From NCBI GenBank assembly GCA_977017575.1, contig CDRNVI010000067.1:62001-126000 (forward strand): 64,000 nucleotides of DNA, given 5' to 3'. Both the position numbers and the translations under genes were made by a program. This DNA comes from Paramoeba atlantica. Taxonomy: Eukaryota; Protista; Discosea. A model generated the notes under the pieces. The model ran no database searches, had not been told where the DNA came from, and was given only the letters and a program-made list of their open reading frames with translations. Below, in pieces: positions 45,328 to 58,041 of this stretch (position 1 is its first letter; each line of letters starts with the position of its first letter).

Positions 45328-46314
45328 GTGTCCATTTGTGAAAGACACTTTTCTGTGAAAACGTTCGGGTTGTTTGAAAAAGAGTATTTGAATAGCTTTT
45401 TATGTGAAGATAGGGTGGGTGCCTTTTTGATGCGGAGCGGTTTACAAAGCACCACAAAATTAGAAATCGAAACACATTCTTTTTTCCTGCATAAGAGTAT
45501 TATGATGTTTGCGGTGTATTTAGCAGAAACTGATTCAGGCTCCCAATGTCGAATTGGTAGGGTCCGTGGAGCTGAATTGCCGCAGGAATATGAACTTATG
45601 CGATTTGTTGCTCACGTCAAACAACTGGATGCAACATGGAATAGTTCGACACCTGCATGTGAATGGAAGGATATGACCTGCGAAGACGGCGTTCACGTGA
45701 CCCATATCAGATGGTCGTATTCGAATCTATCCGGGTCTTTCAATTGGGATTCATTACCTCGGACGTTAATTTCCTTTAGCGTGTGGACGAATAAACTTGA
45801 AGGCTCGGTACATCTGGATGGATTACCACCCTCACTAACACATTTACATTTACCTAACAATGCGTTTACGGGAAGTCTAGATCTGCAAAGTTTGCCTTCC
45901 ATGCTCATCGAGCTATTTTTGGGGGAAAACGAGTTTGTTGGATCGGTCGATTTAGATCGTCTACCTATGACTTTGGTGAAATTATCACTTTGGCAAAACA
46001 TGCTTTCAGGAAGGATAGAGTTTTTGCGTTTACCGCAAGCGCTCCAATTTTTAAATTTGTCGGAAAATAATTTTTCAGGTCCCCTTGATTTGGATCACTT
46101 ACCTCCAAATATGTTAAAGTTGCTTCTGCAAAACAACAACTTTTCCGGATTAGTGCGATTCGACAGGCTCCCCCCACGATTGCAGCAGTTGTGGCTCAAC
46201 AACAATTCCGAGCTTCATGGGGATGTTAACGATTCAAAACTTCCCACAACCATAAAGCAATTTCGAATCAGCGGCACTGACATATGTGGAAATGATAGGG
46301 TTCTTTGGTTTTAA
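45328..46314 (+). CDS. LRR protein (likely start 45502)
   Basis: RIGRVRGAELPQE leader, CEWKDMTC cap and about 7 LRRs. Confidence 0.88.
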   Translation: MSICERHFSVKTFGLFEKEYLNSFLCEDRVGAFLMRSGLQSTTKLEIETHSFFLHKSIMMFAVYLAETDSGSQCRIGRVRGAELPQEYELMRFVAHVKQLDATWNSSTPACEWKDMTCEDGVHVTHIRWSYSNLSGSFNWDSLPRTLISFSVWTNKLEGSVHLDGLPPSLTHLHLPNNAFTGSLDLQSLPSMLIELFLGENEFVGSVDLDRLPMTLVKLSLWQNMLSGRIEFLRLPQALQFLNLSENNFSGPLDLDHLPPNMLKLLLQNNNFSGLVRFDRLPPRLQQLWLNNNSELHGDVNDSKLPTTIKQFRISGTDICGNDRVLWF

Positions 46315-47040
46315 AACACTTTTTTGACTAGGCTTGTTGTCGTTATTTGTTTTCTTGACAGTGTACAATGAAATACAACTATGCATGTACTAAACGGTTC
46401 TTAATGAGTTTAGCAATTCACTTTTTCGAGGACGAAACAAACACTTGCAGAAAGGTTTCCTACATGTCATGTAGGCATGTCATGGTGAAATACTCTTTCG
46501 TAGAAAGTTATTTTCACTCTTACGATAGGATTATTTGGACAACTAGTACCTAAATTGCGCAAAAAATATTTTTTTCCTAAAATTATAGTTGAATTCTTCA
46601 TGTTTCTGGTTACAGGACTTTATCTAGTACCCGTGGTCGTTAAAGATGTCAGTGCCGCCTTGAACATTCACCCGATGATCAATAATTCCGGGTGACAACC
46701 TGGGTGGCGGATCAAGACGGTCGTGGGAGAGATTTTCCTCCGTGAAATAAGTGAAAAATGACCCCCGATAGACACACCCTAGTCTGGGCCTCCGCCTTCT
46801 GAATTTTGAAGATCAATTTTAAAAATTGATGGTCAATTTTTTTGACCACTACGGCGACCTGAAAAAGCCTCCTGTAAAAGCCACCAGAAAAAGCGTAATG
46901 TGGCTACGCGTGACGTTTCACGACACTTCGTAATGACGCGTGACGTTTCGTGACAGTCAAGAGTTGCATAGACTCCATTAAAAGGATACACATACAAATT
47001 TTCTTTGCGCCATTTAGGTACTAATCCTCTGATTATTTGT

Positions 47041-47954
47041 ATGCTTACGTACGCATCTTCTTCGGATGCCCAGTCACCCACGAAATTCATTTCACCCACA
47101 AGAGTATGCACGGCCTTACTACCGTAGGAATATGAACTTGCACAGTTAATCCGAGATATCCCACTGGAAATCAGGCCCTTATTCATATGTGACGAACCAA
47201 CATGGAATATAGAGACGCCTGCTTGCGAGTGGGATGGAATGCAGTGTGATCAAAGTGACAAAGTCGTTTGTATTAACTGGAAAGGCTATGGTCTATACGG
47301 AAAGCTACCCCTAAGGCATCTTCCGGTTTCCATATGTGAGGTAGTCGTTTCCGAGAATTATTTTACCGGTGTAGTCGATCTTGATCTGTTGCCGCCTGGT
47401 CTAAGGATGCTCATCGCAACGGTTTCGAAGACTTTCTTGGGCTTTGATCATTACCTGCTACACTCGAAAATATGAATTTGAGTTCTAACCAATTCACGGG
47501 AAATCTCAATCTTTGTAGTTTGCCCATTGCCATTCGTGAGTTAAATTTATCTGACAACTCATTTACTGGTACGCCAGACCTTACAGCACTGTCCCTAAAC
47601 TTGGAACTCGTGCTCTTGGAGAATAATGAGTTTTCTGGCGAGGTGAGCCTTAGCAAATTGTCGTCTAATATTGTGTTTATTGCGCTTGACGGGAACCGGT
47701 TGACGGACATCCCTAATTTGCAGCATTTGCCTTCAAACCTTAGGTATTTGAATCTAAGCAGAAATCCACTTGAAGGTCGGGTGCACTTGGATCAGTTGCC
47801 TTCGAAATTAGGATACTTAGGGCTAGAATCTATAGACCTGAAGCATTTTGTTTTACTCTTTGGTGAAGTACGCCAAAATCAGCTCCCTGAAAACTTGTCA
47901 CTTCAAATCCGGGGTACTCTAATAAAAGTTATGGAACCACGAAACAATGTGTAA
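47041..47954 (+). pseudogene. LRR-family pseudogene
   Basis: LLP*EYEL (TAG where paralogues have Gln), a CEWDGMQC cap, and a frameshift near 47420-47450 before the 47472 ORF. Confidence 0.8.
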
Positions 47955-47999
47955 AATATTTTAGTGGAACATTTCTTTTTTGTGCACGAATTAGTATTA

Positions 48000-50400
48000 A
48001 ACCGAGGGTCAGTCTAATATTAAGAGGGAAGGCCACCGCCAATGCGGCACTATTCTGCCATATTCTGCCGATCGCAGGGGTTTATTTTTGGAACCGGCCC
48101 CACGCCGCGAAGCGGCGCACTTTTTTGTGTGAAAAGCCTTTTTTGATTTCGCGGTTTTATACCCCTCCAGTAATAGAATCGATTTTGGATCAAAATGGGT
48201 CAAATCCTTGTTACTGGGGGGGTATACTTTTTGGGAGAGAAAGGAGCGTTTTTGTTCATGAATGCGTTGATTTTCAGTCCATCCAACCCCGCAACCACGC
48301 CATTCGCTCCCTTGCAACCGCCCTCACACCTCCCAGCCACCCCCACCCGCCCAAACACCCCCCCCCCCTCCAACGACCCTCCCGAGCCAAATCCTTGTTA
48401 CTGGGCGTCTGTCAAAAAAGGGTCAAATCCTTGTTACTGGGGGGGTGTACGGTAGCAGCGGTTACTAGCAGCTACTCTGTAATTCTTTTTTAGTCACTTC
48501 GTTAAACGCGGTGGTTGTTTTCAACTTAGAAGTCACTCATGCTGCGTGCTTCGAGTTGAAAACTACCTCCGCGTTTAATGAAGCGGCTAAAAAATAAAAA
48601 TTGCCAAAAAGATCACGAATACCGTTACCCCCCCTTACTTTACTAACTGGGCGCACTGTAACCCTTTCTTTGGTAAAATCACGCGCATATTCCTTTTAGT
48701 AGATTTGTTACTAACCGTACAGATTTGTTAATAACCGTAAATTTCATTGAGATTTCCTCCCCAACAATGTCCGGATTCATGTATAGCCTCGCCTTCGCCT
48801 TCTACGCCCCTGCCCCCACCCCCCACCCATTCCACATTTTATGTTCTTGCACTGAGATAAGTGCGTACGCCGCACCGAGACCGCACCGAGACCGCGCCGA
48901 GACCGCACCGAATCCCCACCCGCAGCCCCTCACGTATCATGGTGGGTGGCTTGGTGCACATAAAAAAGAAATCATGTGACAAAGTACCGGTCGAGCAGAA
49001 AATTTGGTCCACTTTTATTTGGCCCCAACAAATTTGGTCCACATAAATTTTGGTCCGACTTTATTTTTCCTTCCGCAGCGGTCCAAAGTACTTTTTGACT
49101 TTATTGTCAGTCGTTTTCAAAGTTTCCTAAATTTAGAACTCGTCATTAGAAATTTTTGCTTCTTTCAATCGACACTTCTTTTTTTAGTCTTGGTGTAATG
49201 TCTCAGTCTGTTGAATGGGTGCAGAAAATCTTTGATCAAAATATTTACTCTACGCACGTAGGGTCATCACTATAGGCTATAGTGATGCTATAATAGCACA
49301 TATAGTGAGGCTGAAGTTAGAGCAATTTGTGAATTGTGTGTGACACGAAAGGTTGCAAGTGTTGTGAGCTACTGGAATAGCACAGAAAGAAAAAACAATC
49401 TAAAAGTACGGTCCTTCATTTTCTGGAAAACGAAAAATCTAATGACGATATCAATCCTCGAGGGAGGCCAGGAAAATATACCTTTTTTTTTCAATCCACG
49501 AAAAATTTGGCCCCAATAATTTTGGTCCACATAAATATAGTTCCGACTTTTTTTTCGAGCTCGTAGGACCAAATTAAAAAAATGTCAAATTTTTTGCTCG
49601 ACCGGTACATGCTGGATGTCACGCACAAGTAACTGAGGATTGCGCCGCGAAGCGGCGCCGATTTTTTTCCACATGTGACTTTTTTTCTCCCCCGCAGTCC
49701 TCGTTAACAGCAGATTATTGCCCATTTCTGCCATATTCTGCCGATCACCACAGACGCGTGGCCCCCCCTCTAAGATTGAAAATGCTAATATTAAGATTGC
49801 AAAGGTGCTAATATTAAGATTAGGCAGTGAATCTTAATATTAAAGTGACATCTTAATATTAAAGTGTCCAAAAAATGAATCTTAATATTAAAGCGTCGCC
49901 ATTATAATATTAAGATTGTAGAATCGTTGTGAACTGTTGAAGACCCAGTAGAATAAATTTATTACAGTATTTTATAAGAAATACGTTCTATCCATTGGAT
50001 AGAACCATTATCTTCTTCGGACTCGGCACTGTCACTTGGACGACTTTCAGAGTCACAGTTTTCAGATTCATGAAGCAGAGAATCGCTTAAGTCGGAGGGT
50101 TGCATACACCTTCGTCATCCTTAAGAGAGCAAACCTCAACATAATCTTCGACGACTCTGTAACATTCGTTGATTACTTCTCCGTTGCTACGCAGCGATAG
50201 TGCCGTTAATTGTGAAGCAATATGGTCCACCAAAAAAATCAGAAAAGTTAAAGAACCAAAGAAAATCCTTAAAAAAATCGAATCTTAATATTGAAGTGAA
50301 TCTTCATATTAAAGTGTCATTTTAATATTAAAGTGCCAATCTTAATATTAAAGTAGATCTTCATATTAAACTAACCTTAGTATTGAACTGACCCCCGGTT
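48000..50400. mobile_element. TA-flanked TIR element with nested MITEs and internal ATCTTAATATTAAAGTG repeats
   Basis: TIR AACCG(A/G)GGGTCAGT...AATA(T/C)TAAG matches at 21/25 positions. It contains a copy of the 8534 MITE, a solo E1 head (about 48482-48600) and a Harbinger end (48918-48932). Confidence 0.65.
48987..49605. mobile_element. MITE with TIR CCGGTCGAGCA(G/A)AAAATTT and TA duplication
   Basis: Inverted ends with TA on both sides. Internal AAATTTGGTCCAC repeats. Confidence 0.8.
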
Positions 50401-50784
50401 TACACAAAATTTTACTGCCCATATTTATGTGGGAAGGCGGGGCTTTCTGTGAAGAGGACTTTACAGAAACAATTGTTTTTATCATTTTTACGAAACGTTT
50501 TCCGGTATCAAATGCAAGAAGAATGAGCTCAAACTGACCCGTCACCTCCATCCACTCATTAGCGTTACGTTTTACTAGACCCGGGCAACGCTAGGATGGA
50601 GGGAAAGTAAGAATTCGAAACCTCTTTAATAGTAAAGATCAAAAAAATTATATGATAAAATAATATGTTACGGCGGTACAGGACTGGTACCGCCTCCGGG
50701 CACGATAACTCGGCGAAAGGGTTAAGGGGTGCTTCATTTCAATCTTTCTATTTAAAAAATATTACTGCAGCTGTTGTTTATTTC

Positions 50785-51142
50785 ATGAGAATGTGGTTCC
50801 TAATTCTCAGAAGAGTTGCACTTGCAGATTCAACCTATACTCGAACCCGTCTGGGTAAAGTGCGCGGAGCCATCCTCTCGCAAGACATGCAAATGGAACC
50901 TTATTGAGAATTTGGTGAAGAAGTCAGTAATTACCAGCAATAAAACAGAGGCATGCTTATGGACCGGTGTCACATGTACTTCCGACCATGAAGTTTCTGG
51001 CATCGATTGGTCGGCCAAAGCGCTGAAGGGTAGCCTTAGCTGGGGTAGCCTACCCCACACTGTGTGCGGTGTTCGCGTAGGAAATAATGAACTTAGTGGA
51101 ACTGTTCCGGTTTCTGCACTTCCCCCTAAACTCACATATTTA
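50785..51142 (+). pseudogene. Truncated, frameshifted duplicate of the 29802 LRR gene
   Basis: Near-identical to about 29830-30170 with a small indel at about 50895. Homology ends at TA|CAGGGTTCGCGG, a mariner-like end. Confidence 0.85.
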
Positions 51143-52097
51143 CAGGGTTCGCGGAAACTTTAAAACTTTCAAGAAAGTACTTTAAAGTTACTTTATTTTT
51201 TTTCCAAAAACTTTCAAAAACATTTTTTCCTTCGTATACTTTAGAATTGCAGAAATTTCTTTCATCATGATTTTGATTCGTCTGTATTCATTACAGTTTA
51301 TTATTAGGCCTCTATACAATACGCGATACTCTTTTTTCCGATGGTATCGGTTTCCTGAGAATAGCAAAAAACGTTTTTTGACTGCGAGAGGTCTGCAGAC
51401 GGATTGCATATCGGCGGAAAGGCATCTTCGAAAGCACGATAAAAGCTATGATGCGTGGTGCACGGAACAAAGGGAGAAATATCGCCGTGAAAATCAAATG
51501 AAGCTTTGTCGGTCGCGGAAACACTTCTCGCATCAAACAGCGATGGGATGAGCAAATTGAAAACTATGGGAATGCAAGTGGCCGAGAGATAAGCAGCTCT
51601 AATGAAGCAAGATGCCGCGAGCTCTTCGGCAATGGATTTAATCTGCAGTCTTTACGAAATCAAGGCAGTCTTCAATATTATTATAATATTGAAAAATGAC
51701 TTGTTCCGCGGTCAAGGGAGAGAAGTGGGTCTGTATGAAAGTGGCGTCACAGCTCTTCGCTAGGGGAACGAGAATGAGCAAAAACAGATAACAAACATTG
51801 AATCTGTCAGAGTAGAATATTTGCTTTTGATTGGTTCTTTTTTGAAACGATGAAAAATTGGCTTTTTAAAGTTGTCCCCGCTACTTTTCGCATGAGAGGG
51901 CACATAACTTTCTCGTTCAAAATTCTGAAATCTGCACATTCCCGCCATTTTTAGATCATTTCAAAAAAAGAAAAATAGAAAATGTTATTTTATTTTACTT
52001 TTTTGCATCGTCATTTCACACCAAAATTGAGAAAACAAACACTGCGGCTAGGGGGCACAAGTGGGTCAGTATGAAAAAATAGCGACAAAGCTCATTG

Positions 52098-52710
52098 CTA
52101 GGGGAATGAGAAAGGGGCCCCGGTGGTAAAAAATTGAAACAAAAATTCAAAAAAATGGGGGGTCCATGGGGGTGGTCCAGAGGAGGGGCATAGGTCGCGT
52201 TTTTTTTCGAATTTTTTGGTTCTCAAAATCGAGCGCGGGGAAGTGGTAGAGTATGCCGCGGCGATGATTTTCCACCCCCCATCTGGGGGTGACCCCCCTG
52301 GTATGGGCAGGAGGGGTCCGGCAAGTTCGAAAATTCCGAATTTTTTGGGGTGACCCCAAAACAATTTCACCGAAAAAAGAGTAAAAGGAACATATTGCCA
52401 AAATCGACTCCTAAATTGTATTTTGAGAGTTTGAGACCTCAGCTACCATTCTACAACGTTTTTTTCGTCAGATGCGCCTCCTACTCCTACAGGTAAGTCC
52501 TCATAAACGGCCCAAATTTGGCGTAAAATATCGCGTTTTGCGCCTAAAAATTGGGCTTTTTCACCCAAGAAAGTAGATTATTCATGATTTCCAAAATACA
52601 ATTGGCACTTTTTCTTCTTTAGTCTCTTCGTTACACGGAGGTAGTTTTCAACGCGAAGCGCGCAACCTGAGTGACTTCAAAGTTGAAAATAACCACCTCG
52701 TTCAAGAGAC
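52098..52710 (-). repeat. E1-family element, diverged subfamily
   Basis: Hairpin head at about 52620-52710 plus the block shared with 3400-3750. Confidence 0.75.
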
Positions 52711-53303
52711 TTTACTTACTATTATAGTATTAGTTAAATAGGGGACAAACGCAAGTAAATATGTGGTCTTTGTAAGTACGCACGGTAGTTTAAGGGGCTT
52801 TTAAGCTGCGATAGAGCACTTAAAAAGTTATAAAACATGATTTTAGCTTACAATTCTATCTATTGCCAAAGAATAGGCCCGCGAGGTGTTCATAGTGGCA
52901 GAATTATTAATAATTTTTGGCTTTAATAATAATTATTATTAAAAAATTATTAGCGATTATTAATAATTATTAATAATTATTAAGTTGTTCTTAACGATGC
53001 CCTGAGCGTGAAAAATTAAGGTTCAATCGGACACTATGGTACCAGGGAGCGCTAGATATGCACTTTCAGTGCAACCATCAACCATTTATCCTACGTTTCC
53101 AGTACCATAAAAGTATTATAATAAAGTTTTTAACGTGTTAGGGGCCCTTGTTTGATGCACACAACCGGACAATTCCCTGTCTTTCGCAGCACCCTTCCTT
53201 AGGCTACTTGCCGAACATTGTGTCAGTCCGAAAAAAGGTGAAATTTTCTCCCCTTAGATACATTTTTTCCCAAAGAAGGCCGCAAATTTGAGCTTTTTAA
53301 GTA

Positions 53304-53404
53304 CTGTACCCCCTATTTACTATTGAGTGCTCTACCCCACCCCCCTACTGTATTTAGTGTTGAATTTTGCCGAATTTCACTCAACACTAAATAGGGGGGC
53401 ACAG
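53304..53404. mobile_element. 101-bp mini-MITE
   Basis: TA|CTGTACCCCCTATTTA...TAAATAGGGGGGCACAG|TA, with an internal hairpin TATTTAGTGTTGA/TCAACACTAAATA. Confidence 0.7.
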
Positions 53405-53477
53405 TACCATTGAAGAATTATTATATTAATAATTGTTTTTTTTTATAATAGAAATTATTAATAATTTCTATTATAAT

Positions 53478-54618
53478 TTTCCTTTTTAGGCTCTTCGTTA
53501 AACGCGGTGGTTGTTTTCAACTTAGAAGTCACTCATGCTGCGCTCCTCGCGTTGAAAACTACCACCGCGTTTAACGAAGAGCCTAAAAAAGAAAGTTTGG
53601 CCAGGGACGTTGGAGAAAACGGAAGGATTATAGCCAAAAATAGCCGATTTTCGGGTAAAAATGGGGTCATTTTTGGGTATTTTTGCTCTCAGAGCACTAA
53701 ATCCGACATTTGCGTGTGGGAACTCACTCGTAGGCATGAATGGAAGTCTACCGAACGCACTGGGTAGAGAATGCGACTCCAACCATACCATTCTTTCGAC
53801 ACAAAAATGCCCCTTTAGGTACGAAAAATACTTTTTCACCTTTTTTAGTCAAAAATGGGTCATTTTGAGGGGCGCACCACGGCTCGAAGAAGGGATACTT
53901 TTCGAAAACAACTGCGGAGAGAGCTAGTATAGGTCCCAAACTCTCAAAATACAATAGGGCAAACGATTTTTGAAAAATATTTTTCTTGCCATTTTTTTCG
54001 CCAAGTTTAAATTTTTATCAAAAAGTTTTTCTGAAAAAATCTGAACTTGGCGGACCCGTCCTGCGGATACGCAGGGGGGTCACCCCCGGGTGGGGGGGTG
54101 AAAAATGCGAGCCAAGACCCCGGCTACCCCTTCTGCGCTTGTTTTTCGAAAAATATTTCGTGCGGTATGCCCCCCCCCTAAACCCCCCCCTAGACCCCCC
54201 ATTTTTTTCAATTTTTCAGTTTTGGACCACCGGAGCCCCCTTTTATAAATATAAAATTCCAGAAATATGCATCATCAATGTGCCGTATGCAATATCAATG
54301 TGCTGTATGCATTATCAACGTGCCGGATTTGTGCATTATCAATGTGCCCCAATTATGCATCATAAATGTGCCGCATGCAATATCAATGTGCCGTATGCAA
54401 TATCAACGTGCACTTCTTATGCATTATCAATGTGCCAGCGGCCCCCCCTGGACCCCCCATTTTTTTTAATTTTTTCGTTTCATTTTTGGACCACCGGAGC
54501 CCCCTTTTATATTTTTTTCTTCTATTATATTACTGTGTTCCTCTTTATATTTTCATTGTTTTTGTTCACTGTTTTTTCAATAATCGAGGGTAGTGCAGTA
54601 GTTATACAACCACCGCAA
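53478..54618 (+). mobile_element. E1 element with an internal degenerate 20-bp satellite block (about 54265-54440)
   Basis: Head, body and ACCACCGCAA tail are present. The atttttt...ggaccaccggagccccc segment is duplicated around the satellite. Confidence 0.8.
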
Positions 54619-54662
54619 AAATTATTTACTGCCACTATGGAGGTTTTCGATGAAATGATATA

Positions 54663-54902
54663 AACCACAGTCCGGTTTAACATTCCGGGGGGGAATATTA
54701 ATTAGCTGCAGTAATGTTAAGTAGCTACAGGAATGTGAAATTTTCAAGATATTTTTTTAAAAGGAAAAATAACTTCATTTATTCAGTATCTTCCTCTTCG
54801 CCCATTCAAATAAGCCCATTCAAACGCATGGGACATCATAACATTGCCCCCCCCCCCCCGGAATGTTATCTAGCTACAGGAATGTTAAACCGGACTGTGG
54901 TT
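54663..54902. mobile_element. 240-bp MITE
   Basis: Perfect 24-bp TIR AACCACAGTCCGGTTTAACATTCC with TA on both sides. Confidence 0.88.
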
Positions 54903-54904
54903 TA

Positions 54905-55450
54905 GTAATTTCTTTTTTAGGCTCTTCGTTAAACGCGGTGGTCGTTTTCAGCTTAGAAGTCACTCATGCTGCGCGCTTCGCGTTGAAAACTACCTCCGCG
55001 TTTAATGGGGAGCCTAAAAATGAAAATTTGGCTTCGAAAGTAGAAGAAATTGGAAGGATTGGAGCCGCAAGTACCCAATTTTTGGGTAAGAATAGGTCTA
55101 TTTTAGCGCATTTCTGCTCTCAGAGCACTAAATTCGATGTTTGCGTATCGGAAATCACTCGAAGGCGTGCATTCAACGATACAGAACGTAATGGGTAGAG
55201 AATGCGACTCCAATGACACCATTCTTCCGACACAAAAAGCCCCTTTGGGTCCGAAAATTACTTTTCCACATATTTCGGTAAAAATGGGATATTTTGGGAG
55301 GCGTACTGCGGCTCCAAGAAGGTGTATCTTATGAAACTAACGGCGTAGAGAGCTAGTGCACGTCCCAATCTATAAAAATACAATAGGCGAAACAATTTTG
55401 AAAAAAATATTGGATTAATGCCATCGAAAATGTACCCCAAAGTCGATTTT
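54905..55450 (+). repeat. Partial diverged E1 copy
   Basis: Hairpin head plus an internal block of the 484-665 subtype. Confidence 0.75.
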
Positions 55451-55821
55451 TTTGATTTTTTTATAGTTTTTATTTCTTCACTCCAGATTCATATTCTGGT
55501 GCCTTTGCAACGTTTTTTCACCCATTTTTACACGCTTTCGCCTACCTAGTTTATCCTCAATACCTAAGTTCCGACGTCAAAAAAGTTTCCTTTTTCGGAA
55601 TTTCATCGGTTTCGTTCACTCTTACTTCGTTCATACAAGTAAGAATGAAGTACTGGTGTTTGCAGTGATTGCTTCAGTCTTCCCTCTGGGCAAGTGTATG
55701 TACTCGATCTTTTTTTCGCAAAATTAAAATGTTTTTCATATTTTTCCTTCCGAAAAAGGAAGGTTATACTATATAGTAACCTATACGTTACTAGAACTTT
55801 TGAAACGCCTTTTAGCTAAAA

Positions 55822-58041
55822 ATGACTGCACTGCGTCCACTCAATACCGATCCAACTTGTCCTTCCAGTTCCGACAGCATTAATGCGACCATGTGTGACA
55901 TGATTTGTGATTCCTTTGAGGAAGAGATCGATCCAGAAACAACTATGGAATCTGCCTTGTCAACAGATCATGGGCTCATTGCAAGAGATGAGACTACGAG
56001 ACCAGTTTCGAATATACCAGACTCGTTCAAAACATCACCTCTTTTGGTTACATCCGGTCGCAAAACTCTCTATTCCGAGAACGTGTCGAGAAATTTTGAA
56101 GAACGAAGTACAGCGCCCGGTAACGCTCCTACTCTTTTTTCTTCTCGCAAGGAAGAGAAAAGCTGCGTGGGTAACAATGGCACCCCCTCAGAGATAAAAG
56201 CTGGCTATGGCTTTTCGCAAACTACATCGGAACAAACGGTCCTTTTCAGCCATACCCCCGCAACGACACCTCGCAAAGCAGCCACACCTGGTTCTTCTTA
56301 CAGCATGGATTCGCCTAGTCGTAGTTTTTCTTCGCGCTTATTTACGCCCCGCACCCCAATGAGCATGCGCGATAGAAAAGACGACCACGAAACAGACCGC
56401 AGAGATGCGGAATCAAAACGTTCCTTTTCTTCAGTTTCAGATGCGCTCGCATCCACCACCGAGAGTACGCCCCGAGAGCTTACCTCCGGGACTCCGCAAC
56501 CCAGTGTTTCTTCCTCACAAGCAGACAAAATGCACAAGACGCACGGGAGCTGCAGAAGGGCTCAACCACCCGAGGAAAACAAAAACAGTCGTATTCCAAC
56601 CCCGATAAAAGGAAAACCCCAACGCAGCCGGGTTTCTTCCTCCCCTCCTCCGTCCCCAAATCGCAAGAGTTCGAGTCGTCCGTCTTCCCCCCACCTTTCC
56701 TTCGACACAACCACCCCGGCACGCCCGACGCTTCCTCACACCCCCGTCCCCACCTATTATCTCCCCCACAGCGCCCAATTCCTGCTCCCCGATTTACCCC
56801 CCACCCTCACCCCCCACCCTCACAACCCTTCCTCCTTCCTTTCCACAACATGTCCCCAATGCTCTTTTCCCCACCAACCCCCAACCCCAACCCCCACCCC
56901 CACCACCAACATCCACCCCGATGAACCCAAAATCAATCCCGACAATCCCGACCCATCCAAAAATCACCCTTCCAACACCCCTCCCACCCTTTCCGAGGCC
57001 ACCCCCCCTTCCCCCTCCCCCTCCCCCTCTTCTTCTTCTCTATTTTTATTCCCCCCCTTCTCCCCCCCCCGTCTCACCGTCGTCCTCGACCTCGACGAGA
57101 CCCTCGTCTCCAACCGCCACCCCCACCTCCCCCGCGCCCTCCTCCGCCCCCACGCCCGGGAACTCCTCCACGCCCTCCACAACCCTACGGCAATCGAGCT
57201 CGTGCTCTGGACCGCCTCCACCCCCGAGACCGCCCGTCCCGTGTTAGCCCAGCTGGACCCGAACCACAGCTCCCTATTCGAGCACGTGATTTGCCGGAGC
57301 CCCCACTGGTACACGGAGCCTTTGCACACCAAGGACCTGCGGCTGCTGGGGCGACCCCTGAGCCACGTGGTGTTGGTGGATAACGCCCCGGGCTGTGCCA
57401 AGCTGCAGCCGGGGAACGCGCTCCTCGTGGAGGACTACCTCGGGGTGGACGTGGACCCGGGGACGGGGGAGGTGGACGACACGTTGGTGCGGGTGGGGAG
57501 GGTGCTGGGGAGGTTGGTGGGGGAGATGGCGGGGGGGGACAGGGCCCTCCCCACGGAGGGGGGGGGGAACCACCCCCCGGGCGGGGGGAAGACGGTGGCG
57601 GGGTTGTTGCAGGCGTTGGCGGAGGAGGAGAGCGATGTACAGCGGGTGACGGTGTGTCCTCCGATGGCGCAGGGGAGGGGTGGGGATGGAAGAGGGGGAG
57701 GCCAAGCGGTGCTAACGACCACCCCGCAGGAGGGGAGTAAAGTGGCGAAAGGGGGGTGTTACAGGGTGGAGGGGGGGAGTGGGGTGGTGAGGAAAGGGGG
57801 GGTGTACCCGGGGATGCGGGAAAATGCCCCGAACACCCCTCGAGGGTTAACCGAATTGGATCCGAATCGTTTGTATGCGCGAGAGGGGATGGCGAAAGAG
57901 GTTAAAAGGGCTTCTTTTGCTGCAGAAAGTATGAATGGTTCGACCTTTGTTCCGATCAACGGGTATAATTTCAGTACCATGATGAGTGCACCCCCACAAG
58001 GGGCGTACTTCCGGGTGAAAAGAGGGAGCAGAGGAGCGTAG
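55822..58041 (+). CDS. NLI-interacting-factor (FCP1/SCP-like) HAD phosphatase with a long S/P-rich N-terminus
   Basis: VVLDLDETLV (DxDxT), LLRPH, VLWTAS and KDLRLLGRPLSHVVLVDN. Confidence 0.88.
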   Translation: MTALRPLNTDPTCPSSSDSINATMCDMICDSFEEEIDPETTMESALSTDHGLIARDETTRPVSNIPDSFKTSPLLVTSGRKTLYSENVSRNFEERSTAPGNAPTLFSSRKEEKSCVGNNGTPSEIKAGYGFSQTTSEQTVLFSHTPATTPRKAATPGSSYSMDSPSRSFSSRLFTPRTPMSMRDRKDDHETDRRDAESKRSFSSVSDALASTTESTPRELTSGTPQPSVSSSQADKMHKTHGSCRRAQPPEENKNSRIPTPIKGKPQRSRVSSSPPPSPNRKSSSRPSSPHLSFDTTTPARPTLPHTPVPTYYLPHSAQFLLPDLPPTLTPHPHNPSSFLSTTCPQCSFPHQPPTPTPTPTTNIHPDEPKINPDNPDPSKNHPSNTPPTLSEATPPSPSPSPSSSSLFLFPPFSPPRLTVVLDLDETLVSNRHPHLPRALLRPHARELLHALHNPTAIELVLWTASTPETARPVLAQLDPNHSSLFEHVICRSPHWYTEPLHTKDLRLLGRPLSHVVLVDNAPGCAKLQPGNALLVEDYLGVDVDPGTGEVDDTLVRVGRVLGRLVGEMAGGDRALPTEGGGNHPPGGGKTVAGLLQALAEEESDVQRVTVCPPMAQGRGGDGRGGGQAVLTTTPQEGSKVAKGGCYRVEGGSGVVRKGGVYPGMRENAPNTPRGLTELDPNRLYAREGMAKEVKRASFAAESMNGSTFVPINGYNFSTMMSAPPQGAYFRVKRGSRGA

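Noticed and set aside
43451-48932. Facing Harbinger TIRs enclosing two LRR genes (Pack-type capture)
   Set aside because: The flanks give no TSD, and the right end lies inside a separate TIR element (48000-50400), so the two ends probably belong to different insertions.
51143-51720. Fragmentary ORFs after the TA|CAGGGTTCGCGG end
   Set aside because: Probably transposon-derived, but no motif or matching right end could be identified.
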